The notes: a model not told the origin generated them from the sequence alone. DNA of 60,355 nt from Smithella sp. (GCA_012522275.1 JAAYKU010000182.1:1-60355), one strand, 5' to 3'; counted from the stretch's first letter, positions 19,731-30,149 are shown. Made by a program: numbers and translations.

Positions 19731-20615
19731 TTACCTTTCAAGAGTTTGTAGTGCCCTGATTAACATATTTTTGTCAAAAAAACTACCGTCGGGAACGCGG
19801 ACACACACGCGCGGCAGAGATTTGCCCATAATAATTTTTCTGCCGGCGGAAAAGCCGCAAGCTTCATTACCGGCTTGTATCACATCTATAATGCCGCCCA
19901 ACTCAGCCTTCCTTCTTATTCGCGCATATTTTAATGCAGAGCCTACAGGAACAATACCTGTTTCAGACGTATGCAGGTAATCTCTGACACGGGGGTGTCC
20001 GCCGGCCCACAGGCGGCCTTCGCTGTTTTTTCTTATCACTACCGTGTCGTCAGCGATCCAGCAGCCTCCGGTGCGCATCAAATGCATAACGGCGGTTGTT
20101 TTTCCTATTCCGCTGGGCCCCGTGACAAGCACAGCTTTTCCCTGATGTCCGAAGGCAACTGCGTGCAATGTGATGCGGCCTTGGAATTTTTCCTGAATAA
20201 CCGCGCAAAGCCTGCCCTCCAGAGTGCTCTCATGGAGGGTCGAAAGCATCACCGGGAGACGATGGCGCAAAAACTCATTTTTAAGCTCATCAGAGGGCCC
20301 CTTACACCGGGCAAATATCACCGCTGCTGCTTTGGAGGAAGCGAGATTAAGAATATAATCCCGGCAGCGTGCCGGCTGGACAGACGCAAGCCTTTCGCGA
20401 ACCCGGGGGGACAAAATCACAATCGTGCCGATGTTGTGGCGCCCCCTTGTGATGTAATTTTGGGTTTTCACATGAGGCCCCACCACCTTGCCTTCCCAGC
20501 CCAAAGGAGCGTGAGTTTCGTAAATGCCCAGCATTATTAACCGGCCATGCAAAATTTTTTTGAGTGTTATTGAGCGGCAAAGCTGAGTGCTTGAATCAGG
20601 CCAGACAGGTTTCAT
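19731..20615 (-). CDS. hprK: HPr kinase/phosphorylase-like protein (divergent)
   Basis: LHAV...VLVTGPSGIGKT Walker A and IADD; lies between ptsN and rapZ; EIRGLG signature is degenerate; start uncertain. Confidence 0.65.
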   Translation of the reverse strand: MKPVWPDSSTQLCRSITLKKILHGRLIMLGIYETHAPLGWEGKVVGPHVKTQNYITRGRHNIGTIVILSPRVRERLASVQPARCRDYILNLASSKAAAVIFARCKGPSDELKNEFLRHRLPVMLSTLHESTLEGRLCAVIQEKFQGRITLHAVAFGHQGKAVLVTGPSGIGKTTAVMHLMRTGGCWIADDTVVIRKNSEGRLWAGGHPRVRDYLHTSETGIVPVGSALKYARIRRKAELGGIIDVIQAGNEACGFSAGRKIIMGKSLPRVCVRVPDGSFFDKNMLIRALQTLER

Positions 20616-21063
20616 CTTGCTCAACGATCGCTTTATATAAATCGTTTCGGGTTTCAGCCTCGAGAAGTGTCTTGCGGAAATTGGGGGTTTTCAGCATTTT
20701 GGAAATCCGCGCCAGCGCCTTAAGGTGCTGTCCGGTAGAGCCTTCCGGCGCCAGCAGGAGAAAAAAAAGATGCACCGGCTTACCGTCGATGGCATCAAAG
20801 TCAATGCCCTTTTTGCTGCGCCCAAAAGCGACGACCAGCTCCTGCAGGTCGGATACTTTACCGTGTGGAATGGCCACTCCTTCTCCGATACCGGTCGATC
20901 CCAGCTTTTCCCGCTGCAGCAGCACATCAATTGCTTTAGCCGAATCGATCTTCAGACCGCTTTCGATCATCACCTCGATCAATTCCCCCAGCACATCTCT
21001 TTTGTTGCTGGAGGCAAGGCTCTCTACGAGAAATTCTGTTTTGAATATCTGATCCAGTCGCAT
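20596..21063 (-). CDS. ptsN: PTS EIIA(Ntr)
   Basis: REKLGSTGIGEGVAIPHG with phospho-His; in the rpoN operon. Confidence 0.93.
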   Translation of the reverse strand: MRLDQIFKTEFLVESLASSNKRDVLGELIEVMIESGLKIDSAKAIDVLLQREKLGSTGIGEGVAIPHGKVSDLQELVVAFGRSKKGIDFDAIDGKPVHLFFLLLAPEGSTGQHLKALARISKMLKTPNFRKTLLEAETRNDLYKAIVEQDETCLA

Positions 21064-21095
21064 GCCAAGCCTGACCCTGAAATTTGAAACTGTTC

Positions 21096-21133
21096 AATAA
21101 AATTCTATCCACATCATCTGATGTGGATAGAAT
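21096..21133 (-). terminator. Strong hairpin / probable terminator after hpf
   Basis: Perfect 15-bp inverted repeat ATTCTATCCACATCA-TC-TGATGTGGATAGAAT (21102-21133), followed by TTTATT on the minus strand. Confidence 0.55.
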
Positions 21134-21171
21134 ACTTAAAATCTATGCAACCGCAGAAAAATAGCGGTAAG

Positions 21172-21705
21172 TTAACTGTTTGTCTCGATATGACCGAAAC
21201 TGCCGTCATCGAGTCGATGAACCACGCTGACCTTATCTGACAGAGTGTCCCGGTAGACAAGAAAACGGGCCTTGCTCTCCTCCAGCTCGAGAATCGCTTC
21301 CTCCAGTGACATCGGCTTTAAGACGATTTTTCTTGTTTCCACTACTTTTGCAGTACCTTCGTCATCACCTTCCGTCCCTTCAGCATTTTTTTCACCCGCG
21401 TGACGGATACTCGCCGGCTTATGCTGCCTGTTCTTTTCCCGTTGTTTTTTAAGCTGTTTTTCGATTTTATCAATACAGTTGTCTACGGCCTGGTGAATAT
21501 CTTTTGCTTCTTCCCTGGCGTTAACATTCCAGCCGTTGGCGCTTAAATTTATCTCTACGACATTTCTGAATTTTTCAGTGGAAAGGACAATATGTGCTTC
21601 GGCGGGCGTGTCTAGATATTTTTTTAATTTGGCAATGCGTTCCTCAACGTAAGTTTTTTGCCAGTTCTCACCGTCACCAGTCCTGAACGTCACAGAAATA
21701 TTCAT
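21172..21705 (-). CDS. hpf: Ribosome hibernation promoting factor (long HPF)
   Basis: S30AE N-terminal domain plus C-terminal KPMSLEEA; follows rpoN. Confidence 0.9.
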   Translation of the reverse strand: MNISVTFRTGDGENWQKTYVEERIAKLKKYLDTPAEAHIVLSTEKFRNVVEINLSANGWNVNAREEAKDIHQAVDNCIDKIEKQLKKQREKNRQHKPASIRHAGEKNAEGTEGDDEGTAKVVETRKIVLKPMSLEEAILELEESKARFLVYRDTLSDKVSVVHRLDDGSFGHIETNS

Positions 21706-21851
21706 TCTTTTACCTCCCTGTTTGAATAGTGCAGCCGCTTTTTCCGTTCATTCCGGCAGCAAAGGTTAAGTCGTATAGTAGCGTCCAAACCAAATGTCAA
21801 CCGGAATCTCGCACTGTGCCATAAATAAATCGCCACCTTGCGCTATTGACT

Positions 21852-23321
21852 TTAAAAATATTGCTTCCGTTTGGACGAGGACAATATCCCCATCATTTCA
21901 CGGTATTTGGCAACTGTACGCCTTGCTATATCAATTCCTTTGGCATGGAGCAGATCAACAATTTCAAAATCGCTGTAGGGCTTTTTGGGATCCTCCCCGG
22001 CAATGATATTGCTGATTTCCGCTTTCACGCTTTTTGAGGCTATGCTTTCGCCGGAGGTTTTCTGTATCGAGCTGCCGAAGAAATATTTCATTTCAAAAAT
22101 ACCGCGGTGCGAGTGCATATACTTGTTGGTCACCACGCGGCTGATGGTCGATTCATGCATCTCCACGTCATCCGCCACATTTCTCAGGACCAGCGGTTTG
22201 AGGTGCTTGATTCCTCTGTCAAAAAAATCCTTCTGGTGCTTAACGATGCTTTCGGCGACTTTATAAATGGTTTTCTGCCTCTGTTGAATGCTTTTTATCA
22301 GCCAGGTGGCGGACTGCACCTTGTCGCGAATGTACTTTTTACCGTCTTCCTCTTCCTCACCGCGTCCGCCGACACCGGCCATGATTTCGCGATAGAAATT
22401 GCTGATTCTCAAACGGGGCATGCCGTCGTCATTGAGAACTATTTTATAATCGTCGCCGGATTTCACCACGTACACATCGGGAATGATAGTCTGAACTTTC
22501 TCTTCCGAATAAACAGCCCCGGGGCGCGGGTCCATTTTGCTGATGAGCATGACCGCGGCTTCTACGTCACGCAGGGGAACTTTCAGCCTTCTGGCAATGT
22601 GTACATAATTTTTCAGCTCAAGCTCCTTGAGATGGTCCCGGATAATGACCTCCAGAAGCGGATTTTCCTGCGCCATCATACCGGCTTGTATCAGCAGACA
22701 TTCCTGAAGGTTACGCGCGGCCACGCCGGGAGGGTCAAACTCCTGAACCTTTTCCAGAACCTCTTCCACGTACTCCCGAGTGACATTTTCCAGACCGGCA
22801 ATTTCCGCCACGGTCGCACACAGATAACCATTGTGATCAAGGTTGCCGATAATCTGAGCCCCGACACGCACTTCTTCATCGTCAAAGGGTGAGAGCTTCA
22901 TCTGCCACATCAGGTGTTCGGTCAGAGAAGGACTCTGCGTCAGAATATTTTCCAGCGTCGGGGGCTCACCGTCTGCTCTGTTGTAGGAAACGCCGACCGG
23001 CCCGTAGTCCTCCAGGTAATTATTCCAGTCGAACTCCTCGCGACCGTCCCCCTCACCGGTCAGCTCCGCCGTATGCTCCGGCGCCTTGCTCTCTTCTTTT
23101 TCTATGGATTGAACATCGTCGCCCGCCTCGGCGCTTATCTCTTCCGGCGTGCTCTCATCTTGCGCAACTTCTTCCAAAAGAGGATTCTCTTCCATCTCCT
23201 GGTTGATTGTGTCAACCAGCTCCTGGCGCGACAGTATCAGAAGCTTGATCGCCTGCTGCAGTTGAGGCGTCATAATCAGCTGCTGAGAGAGCTTCAAATT
23301 CTGTTTTAATTCGAAAGCCAT
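21852..23321 (-). CDS. rpoN: RNA polymerase sigma-54 factor
   Basis: MTPQLQQAIKLL, HESTISRV, RpoN box ARRTVAKYRE. Confidence 0.98.
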   Translation of the reverse strand: MAFELKQNLKLSQQLIMTPQLQQAIKLLILSRQELVDTINQEMEENPLLEEVAQDESTPEEISAEAGDDVQSIEKEESKAPEHTAELTGEGDGREEFDWNNYLEDYGPVGVSYNRADGEPPTLENILTQSPSLTEHLMWQMKLSPFDDEEVRVGAQIIGNLDHNGYLCATVAEIAGLENVTREYVEEVLEKVQEFDPPGVAARNLQECLLIQAGMMAQENPLLEVIIRDHLKELELKNYVHIARRLKVPLRDVEAAVMLISKMDPRPGAVYSEEKVQTIIPDVYVVKSGDDYKIVLNDDGMPRLRISNFYREIMAGVGGRGEEEEDGKKYIRDKVQSATWLIKSIQQRQKTIYKVAESIVKHQKDFFDRGIKHLKPLVLRNVADDVEMHESTISRVVTNKYMHSHRGIFEMKYFFGSSIQKTSGESIASKSVKAEISNIIAGEDPKKPYSDFEIVDLLHAKGIDIARRTVAKYREMMGILSSSKRKQYF

Positions 23322-23348
23322 GTCCTACCGTCGCAATTGTAAAAGTTC

Positions 23349-24071
23349 TTACAGACAGAAATCCTCGCCGAAATATATTTTTCTGGCCAGCTCGCTTTGA
23401 GCGATCACTTCCGGCTCGCCTTGCACAAGGATCGTTCCCTCATTGACAATGTAAGCCCGGCCGCAGCAACAGAGTGTTTCCCTTACATTGTGGTCGGAAA
23501 TGATAATCCCGATTCCTTTGTTTTTCAGCTTTTCAATTATCTTCTGTATATCCGCCACCGCCAGCGGGTCGATGCCGGCAAAAGGTTCGTCCAGAAGGAT
23601 GTACTTCGGCGATGTGACCAGCGCCCGCGTGATTTCCACCCTTCTTCTTTCTCCGCCGGAAAGCGAATAGGCGTAATTTTTTGCCAAAGCGCTCAAATCC
23701 AGCTCGCCCAAAAGTTCTTTGAGTCTTTGCTGCCTTTCACCCGCACTTATATCAAGTGTTTCCAGAATAGCCAATATGTTTTCTTCCACTGTCAGTTTCC
23801 GGAAAACAGACGGCTCCTGCGGAAGATAATTCAGCCCCCGGCGCGCCCGTTTATACATCGGAAAGCCGCTGATATCCTCGCCGTCGAGAAAAATCGCCCC
23901 CCCGTCCGGTTTGATCAGGCCGACAATCATGTAAAATGTCGTCGTCTTTCCCGCTCCGTTGGGCCCCAGAAGACCGACGACCTCCCCCGGCGAAATGGTC
24001 AGGTCGATCTGATTGACCACTTTGCGTTTATTGTAAATTTTAATTAAGCCCTTGGCCTCTAAATGACTCAT
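23349..24071 (-). CDS. lptB: LPS export ABC transporter ATPase
   Basis: GPNGAGKTTTFY, LSGGERRRVEI, DEPFAGIDP, DHNVRETL. Confidence 0.97.
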   Translation of the reverse strand: MSHLEAKGLIKIYNKRKVVNQIDLTISPGEVVGLLGPNGAGKTTTFYMIVGLIKPDGGAIFLDGEDISGFPMYKRARRGLNYLPQEPSVFRKLTVEENILAILETLDISAGERQQRLKELLGELDLSALAKNYAYSLSGGERRRVEITRALVTSPKYILLDEPFAGIDPLAVADIQKIIEKLKNKGIGIIISDHNVRETLCCCGRAYIVNEGTILVQGEPEVIAQSELARKIYFGEDFCL

Positions 24072-24661
24072 TTGCCTTTAGCATCCTGACTGTTAACCGG
24101 TGCCGGATTATTTTTCCCCTGCGGGTGAATGATTGCCGTAACTCTTTGCGCATCCTCCCCTTCGCATTTGACCACCTCGCCGCGATTTTCATTGACGTAA
24201 ATAATAACCTTGCACCCACTGACCGTATTTTCCCCCTGCTTCAAAACCGGCCGTCCCGTCATCACAAACCGTGCGGCTGCGTGGCTATAAACCGCCTCTT
24301 CACCCGTTGCCGAAAGATCTTTTTGTGTGATAATGACATTGCCCCCGGCTTCGATTCTGTCAAGATCACCCGCCGTCTGAAGTTCCCTGCCGGCGACCTT
24401 TTCCGTCTTTCCTTCCGCTCTTTTATAATAAACTGTGAGACGATCTGTTTTCAAGGTAATGTCACCTTGCCGGGCGACGGCGTTACCCGAAAAAACAATC
24501 GTCTTTTTTTCCTGATAGGCCTCCATTTTGTCGGCGACAATTTCAATCGGCTCATTTTTTCGCAGCGCCTGATTGCGCTCCGCAATCATATCTGTCTGCG
24601 CGGATGCATGCGACGCAAGAAGAATCAGACAGACAAAAAAATATATCACTTTTATTTTCAT
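24068..24661 (-). CDS. lptA: LPS transport periplasmic protein LptA
   Basis: Signal peptide; PIEIVAD, FSGNAVARQG (OstA domain); synteny. Confidence 0.9.
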   Translation of the reverse strand: MKIKVIYFFVCLILLASHASAQTDMIAERNQALRKNEPIEIVADKMEAYQEKKTIVFSGNAVARQGDITLKTDRLTVYYKRAEGKTEKVAGRELQTAGDLDRIEAGGNVIITQKDLSATGEEAVYSHAAARFVMTGRPVLKQGENTVSGCKVIIYVNENRGEVVKCEGEDAQRVTAIIHPQGKNNPAPVNSQDAKGK

Positions 24662-24673
24662 AAATTTCTCTGC

Positions 24674-25228
24674 TTACCTGATGCTGGCTTTGACGCCGGA
24701 AGAGAGGGCGAGCTCCCCTTTGTCAATAAAAATGGACAGACCAGCACCCTGAACCCTGATCCTTTCACTTTCCATGACAACAGGCGCATCCGTATAGATT
24801 TTTTTCATCGAGTCACTGTATTTCAGATAATCAGTGGAAAATTTTTCTCCTGAGTCCGCCGTGATCACCACGTGGCCTGTGATCTCCAAATCCTTTTTAT
24901 CCGTGAGCATCTCCCCGCGGTCACCTGTCATGACAAATACCTTACCGTCGGGTGCCGTCAACTTCACCCAAACCTGATCGAATATTGCAAGGTTATGTTT
25001 TTTTTCATATTGAGCCGTATTTGATTTGACTTCCCAGCGCATATTGTCCCGGCCCACCTCCGTAAAAACAAAATTTTCAATGCGCACATCCGCCTCGCCA
25101 GGCAATATTTTAATGATATTGGCTTTCTTTCCACCTGTGCCATCCAGTACAAGGAAAGCCAGAAATGCCCCCAGTGAAATAACCGCCAGGATCAGAATTA
25201 TCAATTTTTTTTTCTTATTCAGCTTCAT
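24674..25228 (-). CDS. lptC: LPS export protein LptC
   Basis: Single N-terminal TM helix then beta-rich domain; upstream of lptAB; start at ATG 25228. Confidence 0.85.
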   Translation of the reverse strand: MKLNKKKKLIILILAVISLGAFLAFLVLDGTGGKKANIIKILPGEADVRIENFVFTEVGRDNMRWEVKSNTAQYEKKHNLAIFDQVWVKLTAPDGKVFVMTGDRGEMLTDKKDLEITGHVVITADSGEKFSTDYLKYSDSMKKIYTDAPVVMESERIRVQGAGLSIFIDKGELALSSGVKASIR

Positions 25229-25345
25229 CTTTACTTTCGGATCGGCAATTTTGTTGCCTCTTTGTCCTTCTATATCACCCGGCCCTGCCTGTGTAAAGCA
25301 ATTCGGAAACAAGGCGGCGACTTTGTAAAACGCTCGTACGTTGCG

Positions 25346-25669
25346 TTAAACGGAAAGGCGAAGACCTATCACACCTGTGACAATCAGGAGAAAAGACAAT
25401 ACTCTCATCATGGATGCCGGGTCATGAAACGCGAAAACACCGATGAGAAAAGTGCCGGCCGCACCGATCCCCGTCCAAACCACATAGGCTGTACCGATGG
25501 GAAGCTCTCTTTGCGCCAGCCACAAAAACACACCACTTAATGCCATACACACAGCCGCCATCAGTATGAAAGCGACACGGTGTGAAGTGGTCTGAGACAG
25601 TTTAAAACCAAGCGGCCAGCCGATTTCCAGGACACCCGCGATCAACAAATAAGTCCAGGCAAGTTTCAT
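25346..25669 (-). CDS. SMR family transporter (Gdx/SugE-like)
   Basis: 107 aa, four TM helices, conserved Glu in AGVLEIGW, LPIGTAYVVWTGIG. Confidence 0.85.
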   Translation of the reverse strand: MKLAWTYLLIAGVLEIGWPLGFKLSQTTSHRVAFILMAAVCMALSGVFLWLAQRELPIGTAYVVWTGIGAAGTFLIGVFAFHDPASMMRVLSFLLIVTGVIGLRLSV

Positions 25670-25695
25670 CTTAATTTCCGTTACAGCTAAACAAT

Positions 25696-26241
25696 TTATT
25701 TGAGTGCAAATTCCGTAAATTCATAACGGGCGGCCACCTCCGGCCAGAAGCCCTGTGCAACAAGCAGCAGTTCGCAGATTTCACGCACTGCGCCGCGCCC
25801 TCCCTTGTTGACGGTTACATAATCCGCGATTTTTTTGACCATTTCGTCCGCGTCGGCGACGGCAACCGCAAAACCCGCCATTTTCAATACCGGGATGTCA
25901 ACAATATCATCTCCTGCATAGGCTACATCATCCGGCAAGAGATTGTTTTTGTGCAGGATCTGCCCGAAGATCTCCTTCTTGTTGAGCGCTCCCTGGTAAA
26001 CTTCAGTTATTTTCAAGTCGCGCGCCCGGTGTTCCACCACCGGGGAAGTTCTCCCGGTAAGAATGGACACGCTGATTCCGTGGCGCTGCACCAGAACCAG
26101 TCCGTGCCCGTCGCGAACATTGAAAACCTTCGATTCGCGACCTTCAGAGTCCATGATGATGCCTCCGTCGGTCATCACCCCGTCTATGTCCAGCATCAGC
26201 ATTTTTATTTTTTTGAGCTTCTCCAGAATTTTGTTATCCAT
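25696..26241 (-). CDS. kdsC: KDO 8-phosphate phosphatase
   Basis: LDIDGVMTDG, FNVRDG, GGRGAVRE; start at ATG 26241. Confidence 0.93.
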   Translation of the reverse strand: MDNKILEKLKKIKMLMLDIDGVMTDGGIIMDSEGRESKVFNVRDGHGLVLVQRHGISVSILTGRTSPVVEHRARDLKITEVYQGALNKKEIFGQILHKNNLLPDDVAYAGDDIVDIPVLKMAGFAVAVADADEMVKKIADYVTVNKGGRGAVREICELLLVAQGFWPEVAARYEFTEFALK

Positions 26242-26312
26242 CTTGTTCCTTTTGAATTTCTTTTGGCTCACGATCCACACGCTCTGAGCGGTAAATCCTG
26301 ATTTGTAATCTG

Positions 26313-27134
26313 CTAACTTTTTACCACCTCGTCTATCGCCTTGAGTTGTGTCAACAACTTCTCCAGCGAACTCAAATAAACTGAATTTGCCCCGTCGCAA
26401 AGAGCCTGCGGGGGGTCTGGGTGCACTTCCATGAATATTCCATCCACACCGGCTGCAACAGCCGCCCGGGCAAGATAAGGAACCATCTCACGCTGGCCGC
26501 CTGATGCCGTACCGGCGCCGCCGGGCAGTTGCACGCTGTGAGTTGCATCGAAAATAACCGGATAGCCCATCTGCCTCATAATGGGCAGGGCGCGCACGTC
26601 GAAGACCAGATTATTGTAGCCGAAAGAAGCGCCGCGTTCGGTAATGAGCATATCGTCCATCCCGACTGACTTGATCTTCCCGATGATGTTGGCAACATCC
26701 CAGGGGGCCAGAAACTGCCCCTTCTTGACGTTGATTATTTTCGCCTGTCGGGCAACCTCCAGGACAAAATCAGTCTGACGGCACAAAAAGGCGGGTACCT
26801 GCATTATGTCGAGCACGGCCGCGGCCTCGTCTATTTCCTCGAAGCGATGCACATCGGAAATAACCGGCACATCCGCCTCTTTTTTTATTTTTTCCAGCAT
26901 CTTCAATCCACCCGTCAATCCCGGTCCGCGGTACGAATTTATGGAGGTGCGGTTTGCTTTGTCATAAGAGGCTTTGAAGACAAAAGGTATTTTCAGCTTC
27001 GCGGTCAGCTCCTTCAAGTACACGGCGATTTGCATGGCTGCCGTTTCGTTTTCCAGCACACAAGGACCGGCGATCAGTATAAAACCTGCCCCGCCCCCTA
27101 TTGCAAAATCATTGAGTTTAACCTGCTTCATCAT
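26313..27134 (-). CDS. kdsA: KDO 8-phosphate synthase
   Basis: AGPC, KANRTS, PAFLCRQTD, KKGQF, DATHSVQ. Confidence 0.97.
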   Translation of the reverse strand: MMKQVKLNDFAIGGGAGFILIAGPCVLENETAAMQIAVYLKELTAKLKIPFVFKASYDKANRTSINSYRGPGLTGGLKMLEKIKKEADVPVISDVHRFEEIDEAAAVLDIMQVPAFLCRQTDFVLEVARQAKIINVKKGQFLAPWDVANIIGKIKSVGMDDMLITERGASFGYNNLVFDVRALPIMRQMGYPVIFDATHSVQLPGGAGTASGGQREMVPYLARAAVAAGVDGIFMEVHPDPPQALCDGANSVYLSSLEKLLTQLKAIDEVVKS

Positions 27135-27146
27135 AAGCTCCTGTTT

Positions 27147-29150
27147 TTATTTTTTCTCCTTCATCAACTCAATACGCAGACGGGGGATCCGCGGGGCCAC
27201 CTTTGTCTGGGGATTGATCTCATAGGCACTCCTGTAGGCTTTCAGGGCCTCCTTATAAAGTCCTTTTTGTTCATAAGCCAGACCTAAATTTGCGTAGATT
27301 TCGTCATCTTCCCGGTCATACTTGAGCGCCATTAAATAATTCTCGATGGCCTTGTCCCAGTTTTTAGCGGCGCCATGAGCATATCCCAGACTGAAATATG
27401 AGGACGCTTTCCCCGGTTCCAGCTTCACTATCTGCTGATAATATTTTACGGCCTCGGCAAATTGCTTTTTTCTTAAATAATAGCCGGCGATGTAGGCAGA
27501 TGTTTTTTTGTCCGGCGGCGATATTTTTTTATAGTAATTCACTGCCTCTTTTTCTTTGCCGAGCTGCTCATAGGTATAGGCCAGATTGGCATACAGGGTT
27601 TGATCTTTTACGCCCAGTTTTACAGCTTTTTCGTAGCAGCGCGCCGAGTCGGCGTGTTTTTTCAGCTCCCCGTAGGCATAGGCGAGCCTGACGAAAATAT
27701 CCGGCTTTTGTGGAAATTTTCGCCCCAGCTTTTCCAGATAGCCCGTGGCCTGCCCGTAGTTTTTGCTCTGGAATGTAAGCTCCGCCAGGCGCGTCAGGGC
27801 ATCGTCATCTGCAGGATTCTTTGTCAATACATACTGATACTCCCTGACGGCATCGGCCGTCATCTTCCTTCTTTCATAAGCCGCGCCGAGATTGAAATGG
27901 ATAACCGGATCATCAGGCGACAAAGCCAGGGCTTTTTTCAGATACTTCATCTCTTCGTCGCGCCTGCCCAGCCCGGCACTGGCGGTGGCCATGTTCGCGT
28001 AGGCGGCCGCGTCGCCGGGACTGTTTTGAATCACTTTCGCGTATGCTTCCAGTGCCTGGCGGTATTTTTTATCCTTGAGATAGACATCTCCCAGACCGCG
28101 CCACGCGGCCGCGTCAGCCGGCGCGTTTTGCACAACGTGCAGATACTGCTCAATTGCGGCGTCTTTCCGGCCGGCGCGCTCGTAGGCTCCGGCCAGAAGC
28201 AGCCGGAGGCCGTCATTTCCGGGATCCGCCTGCAGCGCCTGCCTGTAATAGTCCACCGCCTTTCCCCAGGTGTTTTTCCGTCCGTAGGCCTGCCCCAGAA
28301 GGGCAAAGGCATCGGCGTCATGTTTTCCGTTTTCGAGAAGACCGGACAAAATCTCAACCGCCTGCTGCATGCGACCACTGTGAATGTACGAGCGGGCCAG
28401 GTCTTTAATAACGCCACTGTCGCCGGGAGTCAGGCGCAGGATGTCTTCATAGACCGCCGCCGCCTCGGCAGCGCGGTTTTGCTTCAGGTAGAGCCCTGCC
28501 AGCACCCGGCGCACACCCGCATCTTCTGTATTTTGCGCTGCCACTTTTTTCAATGATCTGATGCTCTCTTCGGGCGATTTGAACTTTTCTGCAAATCTGA
28601 GCCAATCCTGTGGCGTGATGATGACCCGCAGCGGAATCAGGCCGATTCTTTCCTGTTTATAATAGACGGAAATCTTGTAGGCACCCGACGCCTTGCCCTC
28701 CATATCCATAGCGTCGCCTTGCATGATACCGCTGACAAAGTCCATACCCTTGAGCAAAATGCCCATATGATTGCCCTGGTCACCGATCCCCTCAACCGTC
28801 GCGCCCGTGTATTTTCCCTTCAGATCATCGCTGACGACGGTTTTAATGATAAACTCATCGCGATAGGTTATCTCCAGAGGAACGCCTTCGTCAAAACGCA
28901 TGTCCTTGCCGTTTTTCTCAATAAGGAGATGATAAAATTGTGGTTTTCCTTTCAGAACGTAATAGGAAAAGGCTCCTTCGACGCGGCGCGCCGCCGACAG
29001 GCCGGCAGACAGATCCGCCGGACGAAAATATGCATACAACGCCGCCAGCAAAACAACTGCCGCGACCAGCATGAGGACGACAGGCGTCTTTTTGCCGCCC
29101 GCCCTTCGGTCCGGCCGATCTTTTTTATTGTCTGCATAAATCCTGGGCAT
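27147..29150 (-). CDS. Membrane-anchored tetratricopeptide repeat protein
   Basis: One TM helix followed by many TPR units; start placed at ATG 29150, just after the xerD stop. Confidence 0.8.
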   Translation of the reverse strand: MPRIYADNKKDRPDRRAGGKKTPVVLMLVAAVVLLAALYAYFRPADLSAGLSAARRVEGAFSYYVLKGKPQFYHLLIEKNGKDMRFDEGVPLEITYRDEFIIKTVVSDDLKGKYTGATVEGIGDQGNHMGILLKGMDFVSGIMQGDAMDMEGKASGAYKISVYYKQERIGLIPLRVIITPQDWLRFAEKFKSPEESIRSLKKVAAQNTEDAGVRRVLAGLYLKQNRAAEAAAVYEDILRLTPGDSGVIKDLARSYIHSGRMQQAVEILSGLLENGKHDADAFALLGQAYGRKNTWGKAVDYYRQALQADPGNDGLRLLLAGAYERAGRKDAAIEQYLHVVQNAPADAAAWRGLGDVYLKDKKYRQALEAYAKVIQNSPGDAAAYANMATASAGLGRRDEEMKYLKKALALSPDDPVIHFNLGAAYERRKMTADAVREYQYVLTKNPADDDALTRLAELTFQSKNYGQATGYLEKLGRKFPQKPDIFVRLAYAYGELKKHADSARCYEKAVKLGVKDQTLYANLAYTYEQLGKEKEAVNYYKKISPPDKKTSAYIAGYYLRKKQFAEAVKYYQQIVKLEPGKASSYFSLGYAHGAAKNWDKAIENYLMALKYDREDDEIYANLGLAYEQKGLYKEALKAYRSAYEINPQTKVAPRIPRLRIELMKEKK

Positions 29151-29158
29151 TGAGTTTT

Positions 29159-30046
29159 CTAACCCCTCGGATGAAATTTCCTGTGTACTTGCCTGAGACG
29201 CTCTTTGGTCACATGGGTGTAAATCTGGGTCGTGGAAATGTCGGCATGACCCAGCATAACCTGTACGGCCCGTAAATCCGCCCCCCCTTCCAGAAGGTGG
29301 GAGGCGAATGAATGCCGGAATGTATGCGGATGAACATTTTTTTGCAAGCCCGCTTTTTGCGCGTAACCGCCGATAATTTTCCACAGTCCCTGGCGGGTAA
29401 AGGCGCGACCGAAACGGTTGAGAAACAAAACGTCTGTCGTTTTTGATTTCATAAACACAGGCCTGGCTTCTTCAATATAACGGCGGACACAATCGTAGGC
29501 CTTTTTACCGACAGGTACAACCCTCTCCTTGCTGCCTTTTCCCATGACCACCAGGAAACCTGCCTGCCAGTTGATGCTGTTCATGGTCAATCCCGCGAGT
29601 TCCGAAACACGAAGCCCCGTGGCATAAAGAAGCTCGAGCATCGCCTTGTCGCGCAGGCCGGCCGGAGTCTCGCCGGAAGGCTGCGCAAGGACCAGGTTCA
29701 TTTCCTCGCGGCTGAGTGTGTCGGGAAGCCGCATCCAGACTTTGGCTCGCTCGATGTCGGCCAGAGGTGATTCGTCCACCACTTTTTCTTCTACGAGATA
29801 GTTGTACAATCCCCTCAAAGCGGCAAGCGAGCGGTTCATGGAGTTCGCCGCCAACCCCTCGTCTTTGAGGTGTATGAGAAACTCTATCACGGTTTGCGCG
29901 TTGACAAAGCTCACATCCGTCAGGCCTTTTTTCTCCAAAAAAGAAAGATAGCGGTGCAGGTCCCGCCGGTAGGCCTCCAGCGTGTTGTCGGAGGCGCCTT
30001 TTTCAATGAGAAGGTAATTGAGATATCTGTCTGACATGGCGCGCAT
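29159..30046 (-). CDS. xerD: Tyrosine recombinase XerD
   Basis: LYATGLRVSEL, GKGSKER, HPHTFRHSFASHLL, LGHADISTTQIYT. Confidence 0.93.
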   Translation of the reverse strand: MRAMSDRYLNYLLIEKGASDNTLEAYRRDLHRYLSFLEKKGLTDVSFVNAQTVIEFLIHLKDEGLAANSMNRSLAALRGLYNYLVEEKVVDESPLADIERAKVWMRLPDTLSREEMNLVLAQPSGETPAGLRDKAMLELLYATGLRVSELAGLTMNSINWQAGFLVVMGKGSKERVVPVGKKAYDCVRRYIEEARPVFMKSKTTDVLFLNRFGRAFTRQGLWKIIGGYAQKAGLQKNVHPHTFRHSFASHLLEGGADLRAVQVMLGHADISTTQIYTHVTKERLRQVHRKFHPRG

Positions 30047-30149
30047 AAGAAGTTTCTACGCAAATACTACTGTTATGTAAAGTTTTTTTGTTGACATCGC
30101 CTTACAATTTAGTAGAAGAAAACCATCTCTGTAAAAGCGGAGGAGAGCT

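Noticed and set aside
29159-30046. Tyrosine recombinase as a mobile-element integrase
   Set aside because: Size and motifs match housekeeping XerD; flanked by core genes with no att sites.
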